DNA from: a virus
Taxonomy: Duplodnaviria; Caudoviricetes
DNA length: 64,000 nucleotides
Direction: 5' to 3' (one strand)
Virus record (IMG/VR): IMGVR_UViG_3300037755_000349
Location: 8,068 to 72,067 of that record
The notes beneath the pieces were generated by a model, which worked only from the letters and a program-made list of their open reading frames with translations, was not told the DNA's origin and searched no databases. Below are positions 15,866 through 26,389 of the stretch, piece by piece (positions within the stretch are counted from its first letter, which is position 1; each line of letters opens with the position of its first letter). Position numbers and translations under genes: made by a program.

Positions 15866-17398
15866 ATGTTCATCAAGCAAAGATTTGCGGCCCTGCTCCT
15901 CGGCATTGGCGCTGCGCTCGGTGCAGCGGTCTTTGCTCAAGATCCACCGCTACGCAACTTCAGTACGCCGGCGACGGGTAACGTCACGGGAGTGGCCAGC
16001 TCGGTGGACAGCGAGATCGCGCTGTTCAACGGCACCGGCGGCAAGACCATCAAGCGCGCTACCGGCACGGGCCTGGCGCTCGCGACCTCCGGGGTGTACT
16101 CGGTGCTCGCGCCGACCGATGACAACCTTACGGTGGGCAACGGCACGACCTGGCAACTCAAGGCGCTCGGGGATTGCGACGACAGCGGCGGCAATCACCT
16201 GAACTACGACACGGCCACCAATGTGTTCACTTGCGGCACATCGAGCAGCGGGGGCGGGGGCACGCCTGGGGGCGCGGACACCAATATCCAGTACAACGAT
16301 GGTGGAGCGTTCGGTGGTGAAGATGATCTGTCGTGGAATGAGACGACGAACGCGCTGATCCTGGGCACCACCACCACGGCCGGGACGATTCAGGGTGTTG
16401 ACCGCACAACTTCAGGCGCCGGGGTCGCGCTTACTGTTAGGGCGGGAGCTGCCAATACCTCCGGTGCGGGTGGAACCTTGACGCTTCAAGGCGGTACTAG
16501 CGTGGGCACTGGGGGCGGCCAAGTTACTGTTATCGGCGGCACCCCCGGTACAGCTTCTGGTGGGGGTAATGTTTTTCTGGATGGCGGCCCCGGCGGTTCC
16601 ACGAGCGGGGATGGTGGCGATGCCACAGTACGTGGCGGTAGCCCTGCGACAAGCGGGGCCGGGGGACGTGCCCTGTTGACGGGCCGGGCCGGTGTTGGGA
16701 CCAACCAAAACGGTGGGGCTGTTGTAATAACCGCAGGAAATTCCACCGGGTCCGGTACGGCTGGTGCAGCCACGATGACGGCCGGCGTGGGTGGCACTAC
16801 CGGTTCGGGCGCAACGGCTTCCATTGTTGGTGGAGCTGGCGGCACTACATCCGGCGGGGGCGGTTCCGCGTCTATTTTTGGTGGCACTGGCACCGATGGC
16901 AATGGCGGTTTTGTAAGTGCAGTAGCTGGCAATGGCCAGGGAACAAATCGTCGCGGCGGTAATGCATTCATGTCTGCTGGAGCGGGTATTGGCACCAATG
17001 ACGGCGGAGATGTTTCATTGAATGGCGGTACGGCAGGTGCCTCGGGTAATGGTGGCCTCGCGACAGTGCAGGCCGGGGGCGCGACGACTGGGACTCCAGG
17101 TAGCGTCACGGTTCAGGGCGGCATCGCTGGCACTTCCGGGCCGGGTGGCAGCATTAATGTCACAGCCCGCAATGGGGTAGGGACGAACCAGAATGGTGGG
17201 AACATTGTTCTTACCCTGGGTGCCGAAACTGGCGCCGGTACGCCGGGTACGCTTCAGGTCGTCAACGGCACGCTCACCGGCGCACAGACCGCGACCTTTA
17301 CGGCAACGAACAAACCCGGTTCTGGCACGACAGCACCGAGCTTGTGGCTTCGTGTGGTGGTTGGAGCCACCACGTATTACATCCCCATGTGGCAATAG
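15866..17398 (+). CDS. Gly/Thr-rich fibre/adhesin-like protein with signal-peptide-like N-terminus
   Basis: Repeated xGG/AG turns about every 14-15 aa; fibre-type C-terminus ..LWLRVVVGATTYYIPMWQ. Confidence 0.65.
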   Translation: MFIKQRFAALLLGIGAALGAAVFAQDPPLRNFSTPATGNVTGVASSVDSEIALFNGTGGKTIKRATGTGLALATSGVYSVLAPTDDNLTVGNGTTWQLKALGDCDDSGGNHLNYDTATNVFTCGTSSSGGGGTPGGADTNIQYNDGGAFGGEDDLSWNETTNALILGTTTTAGTIQGVDRTTSGAGVALTVRAGAANTSGAGGTLTLQGGTSVGTGGGQVTVIGGTPGTASGGGNVFLDGGPGGSTSGDGGDATVRGGSPATSGAGGRALLTGRAGVGTNQNGGAVVITAGNSTGSGTAGAATMTAGVGGTTGSGATASIVGGAGGTTSGGGGSASIFGGTGTDGNGGFVSAVAGNGQGTNRRGGNAFMSAGAGIGTNDGGDVSLNGGTAGASGNGGLATVQAGGATTGTPGSVTVQGGIAGTSGPGGSINVTARNGVGTNQNGGNIVLTLGAETGAGTPGTLQVVNGTLTGAQTATFTATNKPGSGTTAPSLWLRVVVGATTYYIPMWQ

Positions 17399-17408
17399 AG
17401 GAATTTTC

Positions 17409-17732
17409 ATGCGAACAGTAACGGTCTCTTGGATTGCACCTACGCAGCGCACCGACAACAGCGCGCTCTCCACTGCGCAGATCAGTCGCTTTGCGATTTA
17501 TGCTTCGTTGAATGCCGGGGCATATGATTTCATCGGCCAGGTCACGGAAGGCTCGGCCACGTCCTTTACGACAGAGCCCCTGCCCGAGGGCGTCTACAAC
17601 TTCAAGGTGACAGCAGTGGATACCAACGATCAGGAAAGCGTTCTTTCCGGCGGCAGCAATGCAGTAACGGTGCCGGCCGATCTGCCTGCGCCGCCGAAAG
17701 CTCCTAGCAACGTCGGCGCGGTATTGAACTAG
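17409..17732 (+). CDS. fibronectin type III-like domain protein
   Basis: GAGGA RBS; VTVSWIAP..TD...Y.FKVTAVDTNDQES..S. Confidence 0.7.
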   Translation: MRTVTVSWIAPTQRTDNSALSTAQISRFAIYASLNAGAYDFIGQVTEGSATSFTTEPLPEGVYNFKVTAVDTNDQESVLSGGSNAVTVPADLPAPPKAPSNVGAVLN

Positions 17733-17741
17733 GGGCGCGTC

Positions 17742-18446
17742 GTGAGCATCGCCGGCACGTACTCGTTCGATCCTGACCTCGCCGAATACTTCGACGAGGC
17801 TTACGAGCGTGCCGGCGTTGATCCGGTGGCGATCGGCCAGGACTTCATCACCAGCGCGTTGCGCTCGATCAAGTTCCTGTTCTCGGAGTGGCAGACGCTC
17901 GGCATCCGCCAGTTTCAGATCACACAGACGACGCAGGCCACCACCGCCGGCATGGCCAGCTTCACCCTGCCCACCGGGGCGAGTGACATCGTGAACATGG
18001 TGCTGCGCCGCTCAGGACGCGACACGCCGATGAACCGGATCTCGCGCATGGAGTTCATCGAGATCGCGAACAAGACGGAGAACGGTCGGCCGGATCGCTT
18101 CTTCGTTGATCGCCAGTACAACCAGGTTGTAGTCAACCTGTGGCGCCGCGGCGAGAACACCACCGACATCATCCTGTACGACTACTACCGGCGCATCTCC
18201 GATCCGGGCCGCATGGCCAATACTCTGCAACTGCCGGTGCACATGCTCGATGCGTTCGCCTCGGGTCTTGCGATGCGCCTGGCGCAGAAGTTCAAGCCAG
18301 AGCGCTACGCGACCCTCGCCATTGAATACGGCGGCACGGCCTACCCGAGTAAGATCGGCGGGCGGCTTGAGCACGCACGCTGTGAAGACCGGGAAAGAAG
18401 CGACACGGTAATCACGGTCTCCTACGATCGTCGCTTTGGACGCTAA
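17742..18446 (+). CDS. head-tail adaptor / tail tubular-type protein
   Basis: GTG start; EAYERAG..A.RS..FLFSEW...GRPDRFFVDR, a pattern typical of adaptors in this phage type. Confidence 0.6.
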   Translation: MSIAGTYSFDPDLAEYFDEAYERAGVDPVAIGQDFITSALRSIKFLFSEWQTLGIRQFQITQTTQATTAGMASFTLPTGASDIVNMVLRRSGRDTPMNRISRMEFIEIANKTENGRPDRFFVDRQYNQVVVNLWRRGENTTDIILYDYYRRISDPGRMANTLQLPVHMLDAFASGLAMRLAQKFKPERYATLAIEYGGTAYPSKIGGRLEHARCEDRERSDTVITVSYDRRFGR

Positions 18447-18448
18447 TC

Positions 18449-18937
18449 ATGCAGAACGCAAAAACCCCCTTCGCGCTGGACGACAACGGGAAGATCTTCG
18501 ACTACGCAACCAGCAAGCAGCTCGATCCGGATGGTATCTACGCCACCGCGGCCGGCGTGTGCTACGACATGGCTGTGCTGAAGCAGCAGATCCAGCGTGG
18601 TCTCGATATCGATGAGGCTATCGTGGGTCGTGTGCCCGCAACCGGCGAGGCGCACTGGGTGTTCGAAGGCGATCCGATCAACGAGGTGAGCGCACGCAAT
18701 GCCGGCGATGCCGAAGCGAGGTCACTTCGGGAAGAGAACGAGGCGCTGAAGCGCGAAAACCATGAGTTGCGTGATCAGCTTTCCAGAAGCGACGTTGCGC
18801 CGAAGCCGGAGGATGAAGAGAACACCCTCGACGCGGTCCGAAGAATGGCGAGCGCCGGTGATCCTCTGATCGACATCGAGGCCAAGGAACGAGCGCTGGC
18901 CGCTGCTGATACGGGAGGCGACGGCGACAAGTCGTGA
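18449..18937 (+). CDS. hypothetical protein
   Basis: Co-oriented ORF in the structural cluster. Confidence 0.55.
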   Translation: MQNAKTPFALDDNGKIFDYATSKQLDPDGIYATAAGVCYDMAVLKQQIQRGLDIDEAIVGRVPATGEAHWVFEGDPINEVSARNAGDAEARSLREENEALKRENHELRDQLSRSDVAPKPEDEENTLDAVRRMASAGDPLIDIEAKERALAAADTGGDGDKS

Positions 18938-18940
18938 GCC

Positions 18941-20185
18941 ATGTCCTCCGGACACTATGCGCAAGGAAAAAAGGCTTGGGGTATCTGTGGACGCTGCGGC
19001 CAGCGAGCATTGCTCAACGACCTGGTGTTCGATGGGTATTACCCAAGCCTGCGCGTTCATGAGCGGTGCTATGACTCTCGCCATCCACAGGACCGCCTCG
19101 CCCCGGTAAATGATCGTGTGGCCCTTTGGCGCCCATCGCCAGAGGACTATCCGATCGAGCCGCCAGTGCTCGAACTGGAACTCGGCTCGGTGATCCTCAC
19201 CTGGTCGCGTGCTGTTTCGTACCATGTGCGCATTGAGACTTACACCGTTTATCGCGCAGTGGGCGACGCGGAGGCGGTGCAGATCGCGCAGTACACCAAC
19301 CAATACACCTACGATGCGGAGCTGGTGAGCGACACGCTCACGCACACCGATGAGCAGACGCAGCCAGGCAGCACCTATCACTACTACGTGGTGGCCGCCG
19401 CCTCCGATCAGCGGTTCAGCGCGAACTCGAACATTGTCACGGTATCGATCACGGCGCCGGGGCCGCCGGTGCTGAGCGGCGAGTTGATCAGCGGTGACGC
19501 GTCGCTGTCGTGGACGGCGAGCGCACAAGGATCTTACGATCTTGATTTCTACACATTGCAGCGCGCAGTGACCGCTGAATCAGTGCCGGCAGTGGAGGGG
19601 GACTTCGCGAATCTGGCGACGGTTCAGGCGAGCGATCCACTGCAATATAGCGACGAAGATGTAGTTGGAGGCAATCGTTATTCGTACCGCGTGAAAGTCA
19701 CGGATGTTGACGGCAATGACTCCGAGCCGACGTGGTCGAATGTGGTGGCGCTTGATGTCGAGGCATCTCTGACAAATTTGGTGGCGCAGGATGGATGCGC
19801 CGCCTCAGCGCGTGGGTACGTTAGCGGCGATCCTGGTCCATCTGAGGGGATTTCGCCGTACTACCCGTACTGCACGCAAGCCAGGGGAACGTGGACCGGC
19901 GATCTATCGGCGCTCAGCGGCGGCGCTTTTCTGTATGTGATTCAGTGGATGACTTTCGCCGGTGGCCGCTTCAGCATCTTGATGACAGATGGCGGATTAG
20001 CACCACCGCAAAACTTTTTTTCGAGCGTCACTTTCACGGATCGCACGGGTACGCCACGCACGTTCCTATCCTCAGCGGCGACTTCGGACGAGTACTTCAG
20101 TAACGGCCAGCGTCATTGGGAGTGGAGTCACGCGACGCAGCTCTTCGATGACAATGGTGAATACAACATCACTTTCAACCCATGA
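18941..20185 (+). CDS. virion protein: N-terminal CxxC domain fused to Fn3-like repeats
   Basis: GICGRCG...CYD.RHPQ N-terminus; two LTW..Y..Y..V.A..S Fn3-like units. Confidence 0.65.
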   Translation: MSSGHYAQGKKAWGICGRCGQRALLNDLVFDGYYPSLRVHERCYDSRHPQDRLAPVNDRVALWRPSPEDYPIEPPVLELELGSVILTWSRAVSYHVRIETYTVYRAVGDAEAVQIAQYTNQYTYDAELVSDTLTHTDEQTQPGSTYHYYVVAAASDQRFSANSNIVTVSITAPGPPVLSGELISGDASLSWTASAQGSYDLDFYTLQRAVTAESVPAVEGDFANLATVQASDPLQYSDEDVVGGNRYSYRVKVTDVDGNDSEPTWSNVVALDVEASLTNLVAQDGCAASARGYVSGDPGPSEGISPYYPYCTQARGTWTGDLSALSGGAFLYVIQWMTFAGGRFSILMTDGGLAPPQNFFSSVTFTDRTGTPRTFLSSAATSDEYFSNGQRHWEWSHATQLFDDNGEYNITFNP

Positions 20186-20628
20186 TGATCTATCGCATCA
20201 CGCATCGTCACGCACCGGAGAAAGTGCTTTTTCAGCGTGAAGCAGAGTCGCTGAAGGAATGCGTTGAAATGGCGATTCGCTTGATGACAGATCTTTCTTT
20301 TGCCGATCTGAAAGCCGCGAACCTGCGCGGAGCGAAGCTCGGCGGTGGCTTGTTTTTTCAGGCGGATATGCGCGCGGCGGACTGTTCTGGCGCTGATATG
20401 AGCGGTGGTAACTTCGGCGGAGCTTACATGGCCGGCATGAATGGAACGCTGTGTGACGCGCGGGGAGCCATCATGCAATTCGCCAACTGTCGCGGTGCGG
20501 ATTTTCGCGGGATAGATCTGAGCGAAGCGGACTGTCGCTGCGCGATTTTCCGTGGTGCTGATCTTCGTGACGCCAAGCTAGAGAGATATCTTTCAGTAGG
20601 TGCTGATTTTTCAGGAGCGGTGCTATGA
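20182..20628 (+). CDS. pentapeptide repeat protein
   Basis: ADLKA ANLRG AKLGG...ADCSG ADMSG...ADFRG IDLSE ADCRC repeats. Confidence 0.85.
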   Translation: MMIYRITHRHAPEKVLFQREAESLKECVEMAIRLMTDLSFADLKAANLRGAKLGGGLFFQADMRAADCSGADMSGGNFGGAYMAGMNGTLCDARGAIMQFANCRGADFRGIDLSEADCRCAIFRGADLRDAKLERYLSVGADFSGAVL

Positions 20629-21281
20629 GCGGCAGCTACACCTACGATCGGCTCGTCGAGCTGATGCAGACCTACCCGGAAACTTCATCGGCCGAATACA
20701 TAGCCGACATTCCAGATCTGATCGGCAACGGTGAGGTGCGGCTGATCCGCGACCTGAATGTGGAGTTCTTCGACTTCACTGATTCGGCGCTGCTCGTAGT
20801 GAACGGTGACAATACGGTCACGAAGCCAGAAGACATCATCGTGCATCGCACGTTCCAGATTCAGAACGCGACCGGGCAATGGGATCCGCTGGAATATCGA
20901 TCAAACGACTACGTGCGACTGCATGGCGCCGATGAAATCGCGACCGGGCAACCGCGCTACATCGCCGATCATGACGAGTTCGAGTGGATCGTGAGTCCGT
21001 ATGCAAATGATGACTACACGATCCGCTGCCGCTTTGTGCGCCGGCCGGATGGATTATCCGCGTCCAATCAGACGACTTGGATCAGCACCTACGCCGGCGA
21101 TGCATTGCTCGCGGCCAGTTTGATGGAAGCCGAGCACTGGTTGAAGGCGGACGATCGTTACGAGGACATGAAGAAGAAGTACTACGAAGAGTTGCTGCCG
21201 ACGATTCGGCTGGAGCTGCGGCGCGCGATCCGTAGCGGCGATTACAGCCCATTCAAACCGGCAGCGCAGGCAACCGAGTAA
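20625..21281 (+). CDS. phage tail adaptor-type protein
   Basis: GQPRYIA...PY....Y...F..RP..LS.SNQTTWIS.YA.DALLAASLMEA..WLK. Confidence 0.65.
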   Translation: MSGSYTYDRLVELMQTYPETSSAEYIADIPDLIGNGEVRLIRDLNVEFFDFTDSALLVVNGDNTVTKPEDIIVHRTFQIQNATGQWDPLEYRSNDYVRLHGADEIATGQPRYIADHDEFEWIVSPYANDDYTIRCRFVRRPDGLSASNQTTWISTYAGDALLAASLMEAEHWLKADDRYEDMKKKYYEELLPTIRLELRRAIRSGDYSPFKPAAQATE

Positions 21282-21338
21282 ACTAGATCCGAAGCGACAG
21301 CCCGCTGTGCGCGCTGCTTAAACCAGTGAGGCACTGTT

Positions 21339-22154
21339 ATGGCGGACACGTTTTCTCCCTACCTACGGGTCCGGTTGCCCGAGGTCGGACAATATTCGAA
21401 CTCGTGGGGCACAGTCCTCAATTCTGATGCCATCACATTGCTCGATCACGGGATCACCGGTGCCGTGCAGATCGCGCTTGGGGTGTCCACCACGCACTCC
21501 CTCGCTGCTTTGTCGGACGGATCAGCCGCAGATTCGCGCTACTTCTGTCTCGTCTTCACCGGCACGCCTGGGAGCACCGTCACTGTTACGGTGCCCGGCA
21601 CCGTACTGAAGAAACAGTACTTGATCGACAACGATAGCGGCCAAGATATGTTGATCAAGTACACGGCGAGCACTGGCGTGACCGTGCCTGATGGCGTGAA
21701 ACAATTGATCTGGTGCGACGGATCTGAGGTCTACAAGATCACGGCCGATGCAGTGAACGCCACGCAGCTTGGCGGCGTCGCTGCTGCGAACTACGCCAGG
21801 CTCGACCAGGCGCAGAACTTCCTCGCCGGCCAGGGCATAGACTTCGAGGCGCTGACGGATGGCGCCACCATCCCGGTAGATGCCTCGCAGTCGAACTATT
21901 TTCGAGTGGTACTCGGTGGCGATCGCACGCTTGCGAATCCCTCGAACCCGCGTGACGGACAGACGATCGAAGTGCATGTGCGCCAGGACGGCACCGGCGG
22001 ACGCACGCTCGCGTATGGATCTCAATGGCGCTGGCCAGATGATATCGCGCCGACGCTCTCGACCGGTCCGAACCGCCTCGATGTAATCGTCGCAACCTAT
22101 CGCTCGGATCTGACGCGGTGGATGGCCTCGATCGTGCAGAACTTCAACCCGTGA
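21339..22154 (+). CDS. tail fibre/structural protein
   Basis: MADTFSPYLR..LP..G...SWG..LN N-terminus typical of fibre anchors. Confidence 0.65.
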   Translation: MADTFSPYLRVRLPEVGQYSNSWGTVLNSDAITLLDHGITGAVQIALGVSTTHSLAALSDGSAADSRYFCLVFTGTPGSTVTVTVPGTVLKKQYLIDNDSGQDMLIKYTASTGVTVPDGVKQLIWCDGSEVYKITADAVNATQLGGVAAANYARLDQAQNFLAGQGIDFEALTDGATIPVDASQSNYFRVVLGGDRTLANPSNPRDGQTIEVHVRQDGTGGRTLAYGSQWRWPDDIAPTLSTGPNRLDVIVATYRSDLTRWMASIVQNFNP

Positions 22155-22159
22155 GGTGA

Positions 22160-22990
22160 ATGATGTTCAGCCGGCACCGAGGGCACACGTTTGTTGCGCC
22201 TCCCACTGACAACGAGGTGACGATCTACATCTCTGAGAACACTTTTGACTTCAATCTGCTGGCACGCATCGGCGCGGCGTTCACGCAGATCACCACAGTC
22301 ACCATCCGCATCGACACCGGCGTCATCGTCCAGGCGCTCTCGCCAGGCACCCCCGCGCTCGACACCGCGAATGTCATGTTCGCCGGCTCTGTGCTGCGGA
22401 TCATCAATAACGGCTACATCATCGGCGCGGGCGGCGCTGGTGGTGGTGGTTCGGCGTGCTTCGAGGAAACCGCCGGGGCGGACACCAACGAATTCCACGG
22501 TGCGCAGGATGGTCGTGATGGGGGCAACGCGCTACGCGGCCCTGGCGCCGGCATCACCTGCCAAGTGACGAATGGCGCCGGCCGGATCTGGTCGGGTGGC
22601 GGTGGCGGTGGCGGTGGCGGCTCCAGCGCGACGAACGGCGGTGGCGCGGGCGGTGGCGGTGGCGGTGGCGCGGGCGGCGGCGCCAGCAGCGACGCAGGGG
22701 CGGTCGGGACGATCGTCGCCGGGCAGGGCGCGGGAGGCTCTACAGGCGTCGATGGCGTAGGCGGGGCTGGAGGGGCGGGCACGTCCTCTGGATCTGCCAG
22801 CGGCCAGGCCGGCGGTGCCGGTGGCGATTACGGCGAGGCCGGTACGGACGGTACTGCGGCTGTGGGCGGCGTGTTGAACGTCCCCCGCGGGCTCGGAGGC
22901 ACTGCGGGCCTGGCGGTCGATCAGAACGGCGGGACAGTCACATTCCTCAACGGTGGCGGCGCTCCGAATGTCTTGGGAGCCATAGCGTGA
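22160..22990 (+). CDS. glycine-rich receptor-binding-like protein
   Basis: Poly-Gly motifs (GGGGGGG, G.GG.GG) resembling gp38-type PGII adhesin tips. Confidence 0.65.
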   Translation: MMFSRHRGHTFVAPPTDNEVTIYISENTFDFNLLARIGAAFTQITTVTIRIDTGVIVQALSPGTPALDTANVMFAGSVLRIINNGYIIGAGGAGGGGSACFEETAGADTNEFHGAQDGRDGGNALRGPGAGITCQVTNGAGRIWSGGGGGGGGGSSATNGGGAGGGGGGGAGGGASSDAGAVGTIVAGQGAGGSTGVDGVGGAGGAGTSSGSASGQAGGAGGDYGEAGTDGTAAVGGVLNVPRGLGGTAGLAVDQNGGTVTFLNGGGAPNVLGAIA

Positions 22991-23009
22991 AAAAAGGAGG
23001 GCTCTATTC

Positions 23010-24875
23010 ATGAGCGGACCACGCGCGGCCGAGGAGCGAGATCTGTTCTTCGAGCCCGGCTTCTTCACGAACTCCACGCGGCGCATGGCCAAGAACCGGT
23101 GGGTGGATGGCGATCGCATCCGCTTTCACATGGGCATGCCCGAGAAGATACTCGGATGGGAGTACATCCCGCTGCAACAGGGCTCGGTCCAGAACGCCAC
23201 GTACATCGGGCTCGCACGCGCGCTGCACGACTGGTCCTCGCTCGATGACCAGAAATGGATCGCGATCGGCACGCACAAGAAGCTGTACCTGGCGAACTCG
23301 GGCCGACTCTATGACATCACACCGCTGCGCAAGACCTCCAACGTCTCCGGCGCCATCACCACCACCAACGCCTCGGCGGTGGTGACGCTCACCGATGTGG
23401 ATCATCGAGCGGAGGTCGGGGACTATGTGACGATCATCGGCGCCAGCGCGGTGGGCGGCATCACGCTGTCGGGTAGCTACGAGATCCTGACCGTAGGCGC
23501 CAATGGCAACACATTCACCGTGACGCACAGTGCGCCGGCCAGCTCGGGCGCAAGCGGCGGCGGCACTTTCTCGATCGAGTACGACATCTCAGCGGGCCTA
23601 GCCTCGAATGGCGAACTGCTTGGCTACGGCACCGGTGATTATGGCGAGGGCACCTACGGCACGCCGCGTACTGCCGGCCTTGGCATCCAGGCCCGCCTGC
23701 GCTCTTGGTCGCTCGATAACTGGGGCGAGGACCTGATCGCCAGCTACAACGACGGGGAGATCTTTCACTGGGATCGCACTAGCGGACCGAACTCGCGCGC
23801 CAGGTTGATCCAGAACGCGCCCAAGGAAGTGCAGCGCATCCTCGTCAATCCCGAGAACCGCCACCTCATCGCCTTCGGCGCGCAGTTCCAGAACGGGGAG
23901 GCCGACCCGATGCGCGTGCGCTGGTGCTCGCAAGAGGATTTCGACATCTGGGTGCCGGACCCTGACGACACCACGAACACGGCCGGCAGCAAGCGCCTGG
24001 ACTTCGGCTCGCGTCTGATCACCGCGATCAAGTCGCGCAAGCAGAACTACATCTGGTCGGACACGCAGATGTACGCGATGCAGTTCGTCGGACCGAATGA
24101 GGTCTTCGGCTTCGATCCGCTCGGGAGCTGCAAGATCGCTGGCCCGAACGCGGCGGTGGATGTCGACGGCCTGGTGTTCTTTATCGCGCACGACAATTTC
24201 TATCGCTACGACGGTGTGCTCACCACGCTGCCGTGCGAGGTGTGGAATACGGTCTTCAAGAACACCGCCACGCGCATCGATCGAACGCAGATGGAAAAAG
24301 TCTATTGCAGTGCGTATCAATCGCGCACGGAGGTGCGGTGGGACTATCCATCCGAGGCCGGCGCCGGGGAGTGCGATCGCTATGTGATCTACAACTACGG
24401 GGAGAACGTGTGGTACTTCGGCAGCGCCACACGCACCGCGTATCACGACATCTCCGAGGCTACCTCCAGCACGATGAAGCAACCCTATGGCGTGCACGGT
24501 GGCTACCTGTACCGGCACGAGCAGGGATTCGACCAGGTGGAGGTTGCCGGTACTACCGCGCAGACCTGGTTCCTGCTCTCGGGCGACCTGTCCATCGGTG
24601 GATCCGACAAGATCATGCTGCTGAACAACCTGGTGCCCGACTTCGAGCGCCTCAACGGCAACATCTCGGTCTCGGTCTTCGCCAAGCAGAAGCCGCGCCA
24701 GGCCGCCTATACGCAGAAAGGACCGTACACGTTCGCGGACACCGCGGAGGATTACGACATTCGAGCGCGCGGACCGCAGCTCGCTTTGCGCTTGGGAGGG
24801 GCGGCGCTCGCGCAGGACATGCGCCTGGGGATATTCCAAGCGCTTGTCACTCTGTACGGGTCCAGAGGCAAGTAG
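23010..24875 (+). CDS. tail nozzle/stabilisation protein (P22 gp10-like position)
   Basis: GGAGG RBS; 621 aa; WVDGDRIRF..G.PEKI.GW, WSLDNWGEDL, RWCSQED, DRYVIYNY.E..WYFG. Confidence 0.75.
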   Translation: MSGPRAAEERDLFFEPGFFTNSTRRMAKNRWVDGDRIRFHMGMPEKILGWEYIPLQQGSVQNATYIGLARALHDWSSLDDQKWIAIGTHKKLYLANSGRLYDITPLRKTSNVSGAITTTNASAVVTLTDVDHRAEVGDYVTIIGASAVGGITLSGSYEILTVGANGNTFTVTHSAPASSGASGGGTFSIEYDISAGLASNGELLGYGTGDYGEGTYGTPRTAGLGIQARLRSWSLDNWGEDLIASYNDGEIFHWDRTSGPNSRARLIQNAPKEVQRILVNPENRHLIAFGAQFQNGEADPMRVRWCSQEDFDIWVPDPDDTTNTAGSKRLDFGSRLITAIKSRKQNYIWSDTQMYAMQFVGPNEVFGFDPLGSCKIAGPNAAVDVDGLVFFIAHDNFYRYDGVLTTLPCEVWNTVFKNTATRIDRTQMEKVYCSAYQSRTEVRWDYPSEAGAGECDRYVIYNYGENVWYFGSATRTAYHDISEATSSTMKQPYGVHGGYLYRHEQGFDQVEVAGTTAQTWFLLSGDLSIGGSDKIMLLNNLVPDFERLNGNISVSVFAKQKPRQAAYTQKGPYTFADTAEDYDIRARGPQLALRLGGAALAQDMRLGIFQALVTLYGSRGK

Positions 24876-26183
24876 GTGGCAATCCAGAAGCTCAAGCCAT
24901 CAGATTTCCAGTTCGGGGACGAGTACGACCCGAGGCTGCTGCGCCGCTTGAACGACGAGCTGCGCTCCGTCTCGCGCGCCATCAACCAGGTGATCGACAC
25001 GCTCGGGGAGGCGGAGAGCGGGGGCGGGGCCTTCCAACATGTTCTTGCGACGACGGCCGGGCTCGGTGATGCGCACGTCGTGACCGAGTTGCAGGTGGGC
25101 ATGGTGCTTACTGCGATCGCCGACGACAATGCGGCCTTTCGCTTCCTGGGCCTCGATGATCTTGCTGATGTAACGGTGGACAGCGCGCAAGAGGGTGACG
25201 TGCTCATCCGCTCAGGTGCGCAATGGGTCGCACAGACACTGCCCGGTCTGTCGGGCCTGGCCGATCCGGGCGCCGATTACATCGTCTACTGGAACGAGGA
25301 CGCCGACGATCTGGACTATTTGCAGCTCGGCACCGGCCTGGTCATTGCCGGCGGTTTATTGGTCCTGGATACCAGCGCCATCGATCATGGCTCGCTCTTT
25401 GGCCTGGGCGATGACGACCATCCGCAGTACCCACTCTCCGCCTCCCCCGAGACCATTTCGGGAGACTGGACATTCACCGGCGAGCTATTGTTCGAACGCG
25501 CCACCATCTCCTTGCTATTCAGCGAGAGCGACGTGGGCGCCGATGATCGGTACTGGCTGCTCACCATCGACGACGGGGAGCTGAATCTCACTGCCTCGGA
25601 TAGCGTGGGCACGTTGGGCGAATCGATCCTGCGCGTGGACCGCAATGGTCTATTCACCGATTCGATCGCGTTGGGAGATTACATCACGCTCAACAAGAAC
25701 GGCGCGAGCGGCTTCAACCAGGTGGAGTACGGCGCCTACGAACTGGCCGCGCTGCATTCGTTCTATGGCGACGTGCAGATCCTCGATGATGGGACGCTCG
25801 CGATCGGCGAGGCCGGGGAGATATCGCTGCGCTTCGATGAGACCGATTCCTTCATCACCACCGCGGGCGATGTGTATTGGGAAAACACTCCAGCGGGAGA
25901 CCTGGGGGCAACCCTGAATCTGGCGTTCGAGTACCTGGCGCTACGCGCCGGCGTGACCGAGTTCATACTCGATGCCGTAGAATCCAATGAAAACGAGCGC
26001 GCGTGGGGCCAACGCGCGGAATTCGGCCTGCTGCAACTTGCTGCGCTCAATGATGACGGGTCTATCGGTGAGGCGTGGGCCTCTGTGACCTCCGACGCGG
26101 GGTCAGTCGATGAGATCGCCTTGAACGGTGCATCGTTGACTTTCAATGGTGAGCGCGTCTTGACCGAATCAGATCTGCCATAG
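24876..26183 (+). CDS. tail fibre/needle-like acidic protein
   Basis: GTG start after the nozzle gene; DHGSLFGLGDDDHPQY fibre motif. Confidence 0.6.
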   Translation: MAIQKLKPSDFQFGDEYDPRLLRRLNDELRSVSRAINQVIDTLGEAESGGGAFQHVLATTAGLGDAHVVTELQVGMVLTAIADDNAAFRFLGLDDLADVTVDSAQEGDVLIRSGAQWVAQTLPGLSGLADPGADYIVYWNEDADDLDYLQLGTGLVIAGGLLVLDTSAIDHGSLFGLGDDDHPQYPLSASPETISGDWTFTGELLFERATISLLFSESDVGADDRYWLLTIDDGELNLTASDSVGTLGESILRVDRNGLFTDSIALGDYITLNKNGASGFNQVEYGAYELAALHSFYGDVQILDDGTLAIGEAGEISLRFDETDSFITTAGDVYWENTPAGDLGATLNLAFEYLALRAGVTEFILDAVESNENERAWGQRAEFGLLQLAALNDDGSIGEAWASVTSDAGSVDEIALNGASLTFNGERVLTESDLP

Positions 26184-26191
26184 GTGAGTCA

Positions 26192-26389
26192 ATGCTGAAG
26201 AAAGAAGAACTGATCTCGATCAAAAGAATGCTCCTGAATGTCCTGCCCTCGCAGGGTCAACCGATGCGCGTCTTGGCGCCAGAACTGCAAGCCTGGCAGC
26301 AGGCGGTGAGCGCCGTGGATCGGGAGCTGAAGGCGGCGGATAAGGAGCTGGAGCGGCTCAACCGAGAAGATGGAGTGGCTGAATCGTGA
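26192..26389 (+). CDS. small coiled-coil protein (possible fibre chaperone)
   Basis: Follows the fibre gene; coupled to the next ORF. Confidence 0.5.
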   Translation: MLKKEELISIKRMLLNVLPSQGQPMRVLAPELQAWQQAVSAVDRELKAADKELERLNREDGVAES

